From Candidatus Ornithoclostridium faecavium (GTDB taxonomy: Bacteria > Bacillota > Clostridia > Christensenellales > UBA3700): a stretch of 60,968 nt of DNA. The stretch covers positions 1-60,968 of the forward strand of contig DVNX01000036.1 in assembly GCA_018714045.1 (NCBI GenBank). The letters are read 5' to 3'. A program made the translations under genes and the position numbers. Of this stretch, positions 19,784 through 29,044 are shown piece by piece. The notes beneath the pieces were generated by a model. It saw only the letters and a program-made list of their open reading frames with translations, did no database searches and had not been told where the DNA came from. The number at the start of each line of letters is the position of its first letter. The stretch's first letter is position 1.

Positions 19784-20662
19784 TTATTGATATCGAAATT
19801 TGCCGCGCATAGCGGAATATGCCGCGCCGAGTACGCCCGCTTTGTTAGCGAGTTTAGCGGGACGGAGAGCGGTCTGAGCGCGCTTGTCGCAAACGGCGAC
19901 GAAGTCGTTCCACCAAAGCTTTTTTATTTCAACCACGCCGCCGCCGATAACGACGTCGTCGGGGGCGTATTTCTGTATCGCGTATTCTACCACGCGGCGC
20001 ATATTGTCGAAGAACGCGTTCTTTACGTCCTCGAATTCTTTTTTTGTAAACACCTGCGAAATGTCGTTCTGCTTTGAGTCGCGTTTGAGCGCGCTTGCCG
20101 AAACGTACTGTTCCGCGCACCCCTTGTTGCCGCATTTGCAAAGGAAACCGTCCTCATGAAGGATAATGTGACCTAGGTGCAGATCTTCCACGCAAGAAGC
20201 ATTGAGAACGCCCGGCTTTACGAGCGCGCTTCCGAGGCCGGTGCCGAGAGTAAGCACGACGTCGCGTCCGTCAGGATTTCCGCAGTAATGTTCCGCGACC
20301 GCCGCTGCCGTAGCGTCGTTGATAACCGTGGCGGGAAGAGAGAAGGTCTCTTTGAGGTCTTTGCAGAAATCGTATCCTGTAAAACCCGGCAGAGCGTCGG
20401 TGGCGTAAGTCACCTTGCCGCTGTCCCAGTCGACCGTACCCGCGGTAGCAACCGCTATGCGCTGACAGCCGTACTTGTTTATCAGAGCGGATATCGACGA
20501 ATGAATGTTTTCGCGTATCTTCTCAAAACCTTTCGGCGCTTCGGTCGGGACGAACGAAAATGCGCCGAGAGAGTAACCGTTATTGAGGTCGTCGGGATCC
20601 GAGACCGTGACTACTGCAGATTTTATCGTCGTTCCGCCCACGTCTATACAGGCGAGTTTCAC
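19784..20662 (-). CDS. nanK: ROK-family N-acetylmannosamine kinase
   Basis: ACIDVGGTTIK ATP-binding motif and ROK zinc motif CKCGNKGCAEQY. The GTG start overlaps the nanE stop (GTGA); the Arg-rich N-terminal extension in the track ORF was rejected. Confidence 0.82.
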   Translation of the reverse strand: MKLACIDVGGTTIKSAVVTVSDPDDLNNGYSLGAFSFVPTEAPKGFEKIRENIHSSISALINKYGCQRIAVATAGTVDWDSGKVTYATDALPGFTGYDFCKDLKETFSLPATVINDATAAAVAEHYCGNPDGRDVVLTLGTGLGSALVKPGVLNASCVEDLHLGHIILHEDGFLCKCGNKGCAEQYVSASALKRDSKQNDISQVFTKKEFEDVKNAFFDNMRRVVEYAIQKYAPDDVVIGGGVVEIKKLWWNDFVAVCDKRAQTALRPAKLANKAGVLGAAYSAMRGKFRYQ

Positions 20663-21333
20663 TTGTTTATTACCTCTGCGAAGCGTTTTGTAATGTCTCT
20701 GGGACGGGTGATAGCGCTGCCGATGACGACCGCGTAAACGCCTGTTGCCCATACTTTTTCCAGCTGACCGCGCTCCCAGATGCCGCCTTCCGCGATTATC
20801 TTAGTGTCGGGGAAATCCTTGACCAGCTTTGCTATGAAATCGACGTCGGGGAGCTGAGTGCCCTTTGTGTGAGCGGTATAGCCGCGCAGGGTGGTGCCTA
20901 CGTAATCGAAGCCCAGTTCTACCGCGTTTTTGGCTTCTGTATAATCGCTGCAGTCCGCCATGAGTTCTACGTCGGGAGCTTTTTCTCTGACGTATTCGAC
21001 CAGTTCTTTGAGGGTGATGCCGCCGGGGCGTTTTCTCAGAGTAGCGTCCAGCGCGATGACTTTCGCGCCGCAGTTTATAAGATCGTCGACTTCTTTCTTT
21101 GTCGGGGTGATATAAACTTCGCTGTCCTCGTATTCTGCTTTGATTATGCAGATTATCGGAACATCGACTTCGGTGCGGATATCTTCGATATCGCTTACGT
21201 AATTTGCGCGTATGCCGACCGCGCCGCCCGCGACCGCCGCGCGCGCCATGTACTTCATGATGCCCAGACCGTAGAGAGGTTCGCCCTTTACTGCCTGGCA
21301 GGAAACTATCAAACCTCTGTTAAGATGTGCCAT
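20659..21333 (-). CDS. nanE: N-acetylmannosamine-6-phosphate 2-epimerase
   Basis: LIVSCQA..EPL.. N-terminus and length typical of NanE. Confidence 0.9.
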   Translation of the reverse strand: MAHLNRGLIVSCQAVKGEPLYGLGIMKYMARAAVAGGAVGIRANYVSDIEDIRTEVDVPIICIIKAEYEDSEVYITPTKKEVDDLINCGAKVIALDATLRKRPGGITLKELVEYVREKAPDVELMADCSDYTEAKNAVELGFDYVGTTLRGYTAHTKGTQLPDVDFIAKLVKDFPDTKIIAEGGIWERGQLEKVWATGVYAVVIGSAITRPRDITKRFAEVINK

Positions 21334-21345
21334 AGATATGCCTCT

Positions 21346-22656
21346 TTAATTTTTATTGTTCTTTATATCGTCGAGCGTGAGAGTGATGAAATCGACGGTC
21401 TCGTGCTCAGTGCTTCCTTCGTACAGGATGCATATCGTGCCGTCCTTTGCCTGGCACATACTGCTGTAAACGAATTCTCCCTCTTTTACCGTAACGGAAT
21501 AAGGGAAGGTCTCGCCGTAATCGTAAGACAATCTGATAACGCCCGTCTCGCGCTTTTTCGGGTTGGACGCGTTCAGCAGCAAAGTCGCTTCTTTATCGCC
21601 GTCCTTAACGTTTATCGCGCTTATCTGGCATATGCATTGCGGCACGTCGATATGATGGTAGTCGTGCCAGCTCTCGCCGCCGTCTTTACTTACCGCTACC
21701 GCGACTTTTCTGCAGCTTGCGTGATTGCGTACGAATACTTTGAGAGTGCCGTCGGGCAATTCTATGATCTGCGATTCGCTGGTGCGTTCTCCGTCGACGA
21801 GGAATTTGTGTCCGACTTTGAAAAGCCCCAGTCTCTTTCTGTTTTCTCCGACCGCGCCGCCGCGTTTCCACGTTTTTCCGTGGTCGTCGCTGTAAATGCA
21901 GGAGGTGCATTCCATAAGCGGCCAGAAGCGGGGAGTGAAATATATAGGCGCGACGAGCCTGCCTTTATGCGCGCCGTTTTTTATCCTTATGCCTATGCCG
22001 GGTCCGCAGCCGATAAAGCACATGTATTCTTCTTTTATCTGAGTGGAAATGCAGACGGGTTCGCTCCACGTCACGCCGTCGTCCGAACTTTCAGAGACGT
22101 ACATGTAAGAGGTGCGGTATTCTGTGAATCCGCCTTCGAGAGTCTTTATATTGCCGATTTTTTTACCGTTTTCGATAACGTTGTAATTTTCGTCGACCGT
22201 ATACGGAGTGACAACGTTTTTATCGTAAAGTCTGCCGTCTTTGCCGAGGTAGTATTTCTTTTTGTCTTTGACGACTATCTGTCTTCCGTTTGCGTCGAAT
22301 CCCGTACCGCGTCTGCTGTTGAGTATGCCGACCCCTGCGGGAGTGTGGCTGTACAACATGAAGATCTTGTCCGTTTCGTCGTCGTAAACCAGGCAAGGAT
22401 CTATAGCCGCAGAAGAGTACTGCATGCTTTCGCCCTGTTCTTTTACGGCGATGAACATGTCTTCCCACGTTTTGCCGTTGTCGAGAGAGCGGCAGACCGC
22501 CTTGTCTATTCTGTTGGGGTTATCGCGCGCGGTAAAATAGCGTGCGTCGGCGCAGGCAACGATCGTGCCGTGTTTTGTCGTGATTATCGACGGAATGCGG
22601 TAATTGCCGGCTTCTCCGCGCTCCTTGCAAAAGAGTTTAAAAGGCTTTGAAATCAT
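21346..22656 (-). CDS. nanH: Exo-alpha-sialidase (GH33), single catalytic domain, no signal peptide
   Basis: YRIPS (RIP) motif and four Asp-boxes (SLDNGKTW, SSDDGVTW, SDDHGKTW, SKDGGESW). Start at the ATG at 22656 behind GAGGAG. Confidence 0.9.
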   Translation of the reverse strand: MISKPFKLFCKERGEAGNYRIPSIITTKHGTIVACADARYFTARDNPNRIDKAVCRSLDNGKTWEDMFIAVKEQGESMQYSSAAIDPCLVYDDETDKIFMLYSHTPAGVGILNSRRGTGFDANGRQIVVKDKKKYYLGKDGRLYDKNVVTPYTVDENYNVIENGKKIGNIKTLEGGFTEYRTSYMYVSESSDDGVTWSEPVCISTQIKEEYMCFIGCGPGIGIRIKNGAHKGRLVAPIYFTPRFWPLMECTSCIYSDDHGKTWKRGGAVGENRKRLGLFKVGHKFLVDGERTSESQIIELPDGTLKVFVRNHASCRKVAVAVSKDGGESWHDYHHIDVPQCICQISAINVKDGDKEATLLLNASNPKKRETGVIRLSYDYGETFPYSVTVKEGEFVYSSMCQAKDGTICILYEGSTEHETVDFITLTLDDIKNNKN

Positions 22657-22944
22657 CGGATACTCCTCATTTTCTAAATGGCGGTTCAACGCGCCCTTTA
22701 AGCGCTTTCATTATATCACTATAAGGGCGGTCAGTCAATAAATAACGTATAAATCTATGTGCGATCGTGGAAAAAAGCAATATAAAACGGTATGGATTAT
22801 GCGAGACGGAGCGATGACGGAAAACGGTTGAATATACGCGGCAGTGCCTGCATGAAACAAAGTGCAGAAAACGCGCAACACTAACATTTTTATATAGTTC
22901 CGGCAAATCGTAAAACGGAGGAAGCCGTTTCTGCTTGAACGCAA

Positions 22945-22988
22945 GGCGACGGAGTTCGCAATTTTATCTGACTCCGTTGCCCTTTTTT
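22945..22988 (+). terminator. Terminator-like hairpin with no upstream plus-strand gene
   Basis: GGCGACGGAGT / ACTCCGTTGCC 11-bp stem (one G-U), 15-nt loop, T6. Followed directly by the palindrome ATGATAtatggTATCAT. Confidence 0.45.
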
Positions 22989-23041
22989 ATGATATATGGT
23001 ATCATAGCAAAGAAGGCGCAATTGCTTTCAGGAGAGAAAGA

Positions 23042-23620
23042 ATGTTGAAAAAAGTTTTTGAAAAGCCCACGCTTTTGCAGCTTGTGCTCGGCATAGCGGC
23101 GGCGTGTTTTTCGCTGGTAGCTTTCGGGCTGTTTTTTGCTGACGCGGTAGGCGACAAGGGCGGGGACGGGCTTCCCGCGTTCAAAATAGCGTTCGACGTG
23201 ATGACCGACGGTCTGCATTTCAATGCCAGAGTATTTATTGCCTATCTGATACCTTTGCTTTGCGCGGCGGCGACGATACTGCCGTTCAAGGAGAAAAAAG
23301 TGTATTACGCCGCGTCTTTCCTGCTGCTTGCGGCGGGTATAGTCATTTTCTGTATAAAAGAGATATACCTTACAAAATACGAAAGCGATATTGCGGATAT
23401 GTACAGAAAAGCGGGCGTAAGTATTGCCGTTCCGGCGATAATAGCGGGAGTATTTTCTCTTATTGCCTCGGCGCTTTCTCTGCTGAGGGGAATGGCGGGC
23501 GTAAAGTTCGCCGTTAAGGATAAGCCGACGGAAGGCGATGCCGCATCTGTAAACGATGACGCGCATGGCAGTGCGGAAGAATGCGGGGCAGCCGCTGAAG
23601 AGAAGGAGGAAGAGAGATGA
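23042..23620 (+). CDS. Small integral membrane protein (about 4 TM) with an acidic C-terminal tail
   Basis: GGAGAG SD. Hydrophobic segments. The stop overlaps the start of the GH30 gene (ATGA). Confidence 0.65.
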   Translation: MLKKVFEKPTLLQLVLGIAAACFSLVAFGLFFADAVGDKGGDGLPAFKIAFDVMTDGLHFNARVFIAYLIPLLCAAATILPFKEKKVYYAASFLLLAAGIVIFCIKEIYLTKYESDIADMYRKAGVSIAVPAIIAGVFSLIASALSLLRGMAGVKFAVKDKPTEGDAASVNDDAHGSAEECGAAAEEKEEER

Positions 23621-25170
23621 AAAAGAAATGCGTTCTTGCGATATGTATCGCGTTTTTGCTGTGCTTTCTCGCAGGCGCTTTTGCCGCTTGCAAGACAAAT
23701 CCTTTGAATCCCGACGCTCTCGACAACTATCTCGCGATCGACCCCGATAAGGAATACCAGTCTGTAACGGGCTTCGGAGCTTCGGCGGCATGGTGGGCGC
23801 AGACCGTGCCCGTCGGTTCGCAGTCGGCGACCGATCTTGCTGAAAGCCTTTACAGCGAAGCGGGTATAGCTCTTTCGATATACCGCTACAATATAGGCGG
23901 CGGGTCGTGGGACTATAATGCGTATAACGAACACGGGGCTGGAGATTTTGTCGTATTTCCCGAATACCGCAATACGCAGTCTGCGTTCATCGCGGACAAT
24001 TACGATGAGTCGCTGAGCGCGGCTGAAAACTTTGCCGATCCCGACAATTACGACTTTTCAAAGGATGAAAACGCTCTCGAATTCATGAAGCTGTGCGCTA
24101 CGCAGGAAGGCTCGACTGTGGAAAGGATAATTCTGTTTGCCAACTCTCCGCACTACCTTCTTACCGTATCGGGCAAGACCAACGGCGATTATGCGTATCA
24201 GAGCAATCTTCCCGCGGAAAACTACGACGCTTACTGCGAATATCTGATAAAATATCTCGATTACGTCGTCAACGGTCTGGGGCTCGGGGTGGAAGCTGTC
24301 AGCGCGATAAACGAACCTCAGCATTCGTGGGGAGGGGAGGACGCTCCGCAGGAGGGGTGTCACTACGAGCCGAAAGAACTTGCGGCGTTCTATGACAAAT
24401 TCTACGGATATCTCAAAGAATTCAATGCGGCTAACGGCACAAACGTAAAGATGGACGTGTTCGAAAGCGGCAATTACGACGTCTATAAATCCAAAGGCAG
24501 AGTGATGGAGTATATCTACGAGATGAGCAAGTACGACTATTTCGATGAGATAGACACGATAAGCGTACACTCCTACGGATCGCCTACTTCGGTCGAAGCG
24601 AGAGAGTCGTTCATATATATGCTCCGCAATCTCTACGGCGATAAGATAAACATAGAGATGAGCGAGATATGCGATATGACTGCGGGACTCGACGCGGGTA
24701 TGGACAGCGCTTTGTGGCTTTCCGAAGTGATGAACAAGGATTTCGTCGATCTGGGCGCCCGTGCATGGTGCTGGTGGATGGCTGCCAGTTGCGACGACTA
24801 CAACGACGGAATAGTCACCTGGATGTGGGGTACTGAAGACGGCAAGGTCACGCCGACCAAGCGCTACTGGGTGATGGGCAATTATTCCAAATTCCTCGAT
24901 ACGGGAGACGTAAGGATAGAGGGAAGCATAGATAAGGCTTCAAAAGGCGTTTTCGCGACAGTATTCAAGAAGGCGGACGGCAGGATAGTCGCAGTGCTGA
25001 CCAACGCGGGAGATTCGGCAGCGACGATAACTCTTCCTTCGGGATACGCGTCTTTGCAGGCGTGGGAAACAAGCGCGGACAAGGATCTTGAAAACGTTTA
25101 CGACGGTGTCTGCGGCAGGACGTACGTTGCGGCGGCGGGCAGCGTGACCACGCTTGTCTTTTCGAAATAG
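23617..25170 (+). CDS. Glycoside hydrolase family 30-like lipoprotein
   Basis: Lipobox LAGAFAAC. GFGASAAWWAQ, INEPQH (acid/base Glu) and IEMSEI (nucleophile Glu) motifs are typical of GH30. Confidence 0.8.
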   Translation: MKKKCVLAICIAFLLCFLAGAFAACKTNPLNPDALDNYLAIDPDKEYQSVTGFGASAAWWAQTVPVGSQSATDLAESLYSEAGIALSIYRYNIGGGSWDYNAYNEHGAGDFVVFPEYRNTQSAFIADNYDESLSAAENFADPDNYDFSKDENALEFMKLCATQEGSTVERIILFANSPHYLLTVSGKTNGDYAYQSNLPAENYDAYCEYLIKYLDYVVNGLGLGVEAVSAINEPQHSWGGEDAPQEGCHYEPKELAAFYDKFYGYLKEFNAANGTNVKMDVFESGNYDVYKSKGRVMEYIYEMSKYDYFDEIDTISVHSYGSPTSVEARESFIYMLRNLYGDKINIEMSEICDMTAGLDAGMDSALWLSEVMNKDFVDLGARAWCWWMAASCDDYNDGIVTWMWGTEDGKVTPTKRYWVMGNYSKFLDTGDVRIEGSIDKASKGVFATVFKKADGRIVAVLTNAGDSAATITLPSGYASLQAWETSADKDLENVYDGVCGRTYVAAAGSVTTLVFSK

Positions 25171-25364
25171 AGTTATCGTAAAATCGAAGGTTCTTTACAA
25201 TGTACACAAGTGTGGAATAACGCGTGCATAATGTTAAGAATATTCAAAGGATTGTTGACAATTTTTTGACGTTATAATAAAATTAAAACAAGATTAAAAT
25301 CCGAGACGGAACGCACGGCTCCGTCAAGGACACGCGGCGTCGTACCGACGTGCGCCGTCGATAA

Positions 25365-25392
25365 TTTGAAAAAGACGCGAAAAGCGTATAAT
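25365..25392 (+). promoter_or_regulatory. Candidate promoter for the ABC importer operon
   Basis: TTTGAA, 16-nt spacer, TATAAT, just upstream of the GGAGG SD. Confidence 0.4.
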
Positions 25393-25411
25393 AAACACGG
25401 AGGATTCAAAG

Positions 25412-28000
25412 ATGAAGAGAACAACAAAGATAATCGTTTCCGCTTTGTTGTGCGTTTGCCTGGTGGCGTCCTTCTGCGCAACCCTTATCGGTTGTAAAGA
25501 CAAAGAAGGAGTGGGCAGATACAGCTACAACACTTCGTTGAGCGTATTCCCGACCAACTGGAACCCGCACATCTATCAGACGGATACCGATTCTATCGTA
25601 CAGAACTATACCGCAAGCGGTTTCTACACTTTCGACTATAACGCGACGAAAGACGGATACGTTGTAGTACCCGATATGGCTACGGGCGATCCCATCGACG
25701 TCAGCGCTGACTACGTCGGTTCGGAGTGGGGCATCGACGAGGGTGAAACCGCGAGAGCGTGGGAAATTCCTTTGAGAAAAGATCTCAAATGGGAAAACGG
25801 CGAAGCGATCACCGCACAGAGTTTCGTAAACTCTCTGCAGCTCCTGCTTCAGCCCAAAACCTACAACTACAGAGCTAACACCGTATATCAGGGCAACTTC
25901 GTTATTACGAACGCTAAGGATTACATGTACGGCGGTACGCACGCTTACCTCGACAACATGATTAGCGGCGACGAAGACTATGTTGACATGACAGAGTTTA
26001 AGTATAATGCTGAGACCGGCGTTGCTGAAGCTAACGGACACGACTATGCTGTCAAGTTCGGCAGTACCACGACGTGGGATTCCTCCAATTCTCTTACGAC
26101 GTATTACAATTTAGGATACAATCTCTACTTCTATGACAAACTCGTTGTCGAAGGAGAGGGCGAAGAAGCTGCCTGGGTACCTGCAGAAGACGCTAAAGAC
26201 ATGTACGTCGAAATGAAGAAAAACGAAGGCAAAGACGGCGAGATCGTTCTTACCAAAGCATATATCGAATTCCTTCAGGATCTCGTTGCAAGAATGCACG
26301 GCTTCATGACTGTTGAAGAATATGCTGCTGAGGCAGGCGACTATGCATACGTCGAGTGGCAGGAGCTTGCTTTTGTAGGTAAGGATTACGACGCTGTTGA
26401 CTTTGACACCGTAGGTATCAAGGCTCTCGACAACGGCAACCTCGTTATCATCCTCGAAAAACCGCTGAGCGGCTTCTATCTCAAGTATAACCTCTCTTCT
26501 ACCTGGCTCGTAAACGAAAAACTTTACAAGAGCTGCGAGAAGTGGACTGACGGCGTTTACTCCAACAGCTACGGTACAAGCGCTTCCACTTATATGAGCT
26601 ACGGCCCGTACAAGCTGACCGCTTTCCAGATGGACAAGAACATTGCGTTTGAGAAAAACAGCAACTGGTACGGCTATAACGACGAGGCTAACAAGAACCT
26701 CTATCAGACAACCAACATCAATATCACCTATATTTCAGGCGAAGATACCAGACGCAACGCGTTCCTTAAGGGCGAGATAGACGAGTACGGTCTTACCGCT
26801 TCTGACATGGAGAAATACGCTACCAGCTCCAGCATTTACTACACTGCAGGCGAAAGCACCTTCTTCATGGCTCTCAACCCCAATCCCGCATCTTATACGG
26901 CTACTGCTGACGGCAAGGCTAACGCAAGCAAGGCTATCCTGAACGTTCTCGAGTTCAGACAGGCGCTTTCTTTCGCGACCGACAGAGCGCAGTTCGCTCT
27001 CGCTACGTCTCCGACGAACAGCGCGGCATACGGCGTTTTCTCCAGCCTTATCATCAGCGACCCTGAGACCGGTACCGCATATCGTACTACCGAGGAAGCT
27101 AAGGACGTTCTCCTCGATTTCTGGGGACTTGCAGACGACGTAGGCGAAGGCAAGAAGTACGCTACCAAGGACGATGCTATCGCAAGCATTACCGGCTACG
27201 ACCTCGCTCAGGCGAAAGAGAAGTTCAATGCGGCTTACGATATCGCTATCGATCAGAAACTCATGGATCCCGAAGATACCATTGAGATCACCATCGGTAC
27301 GCCCAACGCTACGACCTCGTTCTACAACCAGGGTTACAACTTCTTCGTAAACGCTTTCACCGAAGCCGTAAAGGGCACCAAGCTCGAAGGCAAACTCACG
27401 TTCAAACTGGACAGCACGCTCGGCAACGACTTCGCTACCGCGCTTCAGACCAACAGCGTAGATATGCTGTTCGGCGTAGGCTGGACCGGCTCCGCTCTCG
27501 ACCCGTACTACCTGCTCAGCGCTTATACCGATCCATCCATGCAGTATGACAGCGCTTGGGACACCAAGTCCGAGATGGTTTCTATCTCTTTTGAAGGCCT
27601 GACCGACAGAAAAGACCTCAACGGCAAGACCGTAAAGATGTCTCTGTATGACTGGACCATGAAAGTCATTATGGGCGAGGCTTGCGAAGGTACTATCGTC
27701 AATGCTGACGGTACCGACGGCGAGAAAGTAAGCATTGAGGCAGGTACCACCGCTGAGAACGCTCTCAGACTCAAGATACTTGCGGCTTGCGAAGGCGCGC
27801 TTCTCATGAGATACGACATGATCCCGCTTATCGATGACAACAGCGCTTCTCTCAAGGGTTATAAGATAAACTACTATACCGAGAACTACGTTTACGGCGT
27901 AGGCAGAGGCGGCGTCAAGTATATGACCTATAACTTCGACGACGCAGATTGGGCTAAGTACGTTAAAGACAACGGCGGCACTCTCAACTACGAGAAATAA
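25412..28000 (+). CDS. ABC transporter substrate-binding lipoprotein, family 5 (Opp/Dpp-like), oversized at 862 aa
   Basis: Lipobox TLIGC. SBP_bac_5-like core (WENGEAITAQSF, YGPYKL..) with large extra segments. Confidence 0.8.
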   Translation: MKRTTKIIVSALLCVCLVASFCATLIGCKDKEGVGRYSYNTSLSVFPTNWNPHIYQTDTDSIVQNYTASGFYTFDYNATKDGYVVVPDMATGDPIDVSADYVGSEWGIDEGETARAWEIPLRKDLKWENGEAITAQSFVNSLQLLLQPKTYNYRANTVYQGNFVITNAKDYMYGGTHAYLDNMISGDEDYVDMTEFKYNAETGVAEANGHDYAVKFGSTTTWDSSNSLTTYYNLGYNLYFYDKLVVEGEGEEAAWVPAEDAKDMYVEMKKNEGKDGEIVLTKAYIEFLQDLVARMHGFMTVEEYAAEAGDYAYVEWQELAFVGKDYDAVDFDTVGIKALDNGNLVIILEKPLSGFYLKYNLSSTWLVNEKLYKSCEKWTDGVYSNSYGTSASTYMSYGPYKLTAFQMDKNIAFEKNSNWYGYNDEANKNLYQTTNINITYISGEDTRRNAFLKGEIDEYGLTASDMEKYATSSSIYYTAGESTFFMALNPNPASYTATADGKANASKAILNVLEFRQALSFATDRAQFALATSPTNSAAYGVFSSLIISDPETGTAYRTTEEAKDVLLDFWGLADDVGEGKKYATKDDAIASITGYDLAQAKEKFNAAYDIAIDQKLMDPEDTIEITIGTPNATTSFYNQGYNFFVNAFTEAVKGTKLEGKLTFKLDSTLGNDFATALQTNSVDMLFGVGWTGSALDPYYLLSAYTDPSMQYDSAWDTKSEMVSISFEGLTDRKDLNGKTVKMSLYDWTMKVIMGEACEGTIVNADGTDGEKVSIEAGTTAENALRLKILAACEGALLMRYDMIPLIDDNSASLKGYKINYYTENYVYGVGRGGVKYMTYNFDDADWAKYVKDNGGTLNYEK

Positions 28001-28086
28001 TTCTTACCGATAATAAGAATAAATGAAAAGTCACCCGTCCCCGCAATCTTCGAGGTTGCGGGGATTGGGAATGTTTCGGAGATATT

Positions 28087-29043
28087 ATGGCAAAGTATAT
28101 ACTGAAAAGAATCGGTCTGATGCTTTTCACTTTTCTGGTTATTATAACCATCTGCTTCGTGCTGGTGAAGCTTCTTCCCAACAAGCCGCCTGAGACGTTC
28201 GGTCAGGACCAGGCTCTTATAGAGGCGAGGAGAGAACAGCTGGGTTATAATAAACCGATAATGGTTCAATATTTTATATTTTTGGGAAGATCGCTTCTGG
28301 GCGGCGACTGGGGTATAAGCGAATCGCTGTATGTCGGTACCGACGTTATGGAGCTGTTTTCGCAAAAGCTTCCCGCAACGGTCATGGTCAACCTGTACTC
28401 GTTGCTTCTCAGCGTGCCCCTCGGGCTCGCGTTCGGCATTTTTGCCGCATTGAAAAAGAATAAATGGCAAGATCACGTAATAAGCACGCTGGTCATGATA
28501 TTCATATCAGTACCCAGTTACGTATACGCGTTCCTTGTTCAATATATATTGTGTTTCAAACTGGGGTGGTTCCCGCTCCTTGTCGATACGGGTACCAATT
28601 TCTTCCTGCCGAGCATGGTCTGGTCGATGTTCCCTGCGATACTGTCGCTTGCGTTCGGTACGATAGCGGGACTGACGAGATTTACGCGCGCGGAGCTTAC
28701 AGAGGTGCTGACCAGCGACTTTATGCTGCTTGCCAGAACTAAAGGTCTGACAAAGAGTCAGGCTACGGTAAGACACGCGCTCAAAAACGCGATGGTACCT
28801 ATTTTCCCGATGATAATAGGCGAGTTCATTTCGATACTCGGCGGTTCGATAGTCATAGAGCAGATATTCGCGGTGCCCGGCGTCGGCGAACTTTATATTA
28901 AGGCGATAACCGCGGCTACTCCCGACTACAACATATTCATGCTGCTGACCTGCTTCTATACTTTTGTCGGCTTGGCGGCAGGTATAGTCATCGATATAAG
29001 CTACGGCATCATAGATCCGAGAATAAGAATGGGGGCGAGATAA
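28087..29043 (+). CDS. ABC transporter permease (OppB/DppB-like)
   Basis: 6-TM BPD_transp_1 fold with the EAA-like loop ARTKGLTKSQATVRHALKNA. Confidence 0.9.
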   Translation: MAKYILKRIGLMLFTFLVIITICFVLVKLLPNKPPETFGQDQALIEARREQLGYNKPIMVQYFIFLGRSLLGGDWGISESLYVGTDVMELFSQKLPATVMVNLYSLLLSVPLGLAFGIFAALKKNKWQDHVISTLVMIFISVPSYVYAFLVQYILCFKLGWFPLLVDTGTNFFLPSMVWSMFPAILSLAFGTIAGLTRFTRAELTEVLTSDFMLLARTKGLTKSQATVRHALKNAMVPIFPMIIGEFISILGGSIVIEQIFAVPGVGELYIKAITAATPDYNIFMLLTCFYTFVGLAAGIVIDISYGIIDPRIRMGAR

Positions 29044-29044
29044 T

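Noticed and set aside
20869-22650. 593-aa plus-strand ORF
   Set aside because: It is a codon-aligned antisense shadow of nanE and the GH33 sialidase, both of which carry diagnostic motifs.
22964-23934. Arg-rich minus-strand ORFs (275 aa at 22964-23791 and 209 aa at 23305-23934)
   Set aside because: They overlap the well-supported plus-strand membrane-protein and GH30 genes. Their composition is typical of antisense translation.
25300-25362. GC-rich hairpins (GACGGA..TCCGTC and CGGCG..CGCCG) upstream of the ABC importer promoter
   Set aside because: The stems are short, there is no T-run and no recognisable riboswitch core. They lie upstream of the best promoter candidate, so they are probably not in the transcript.
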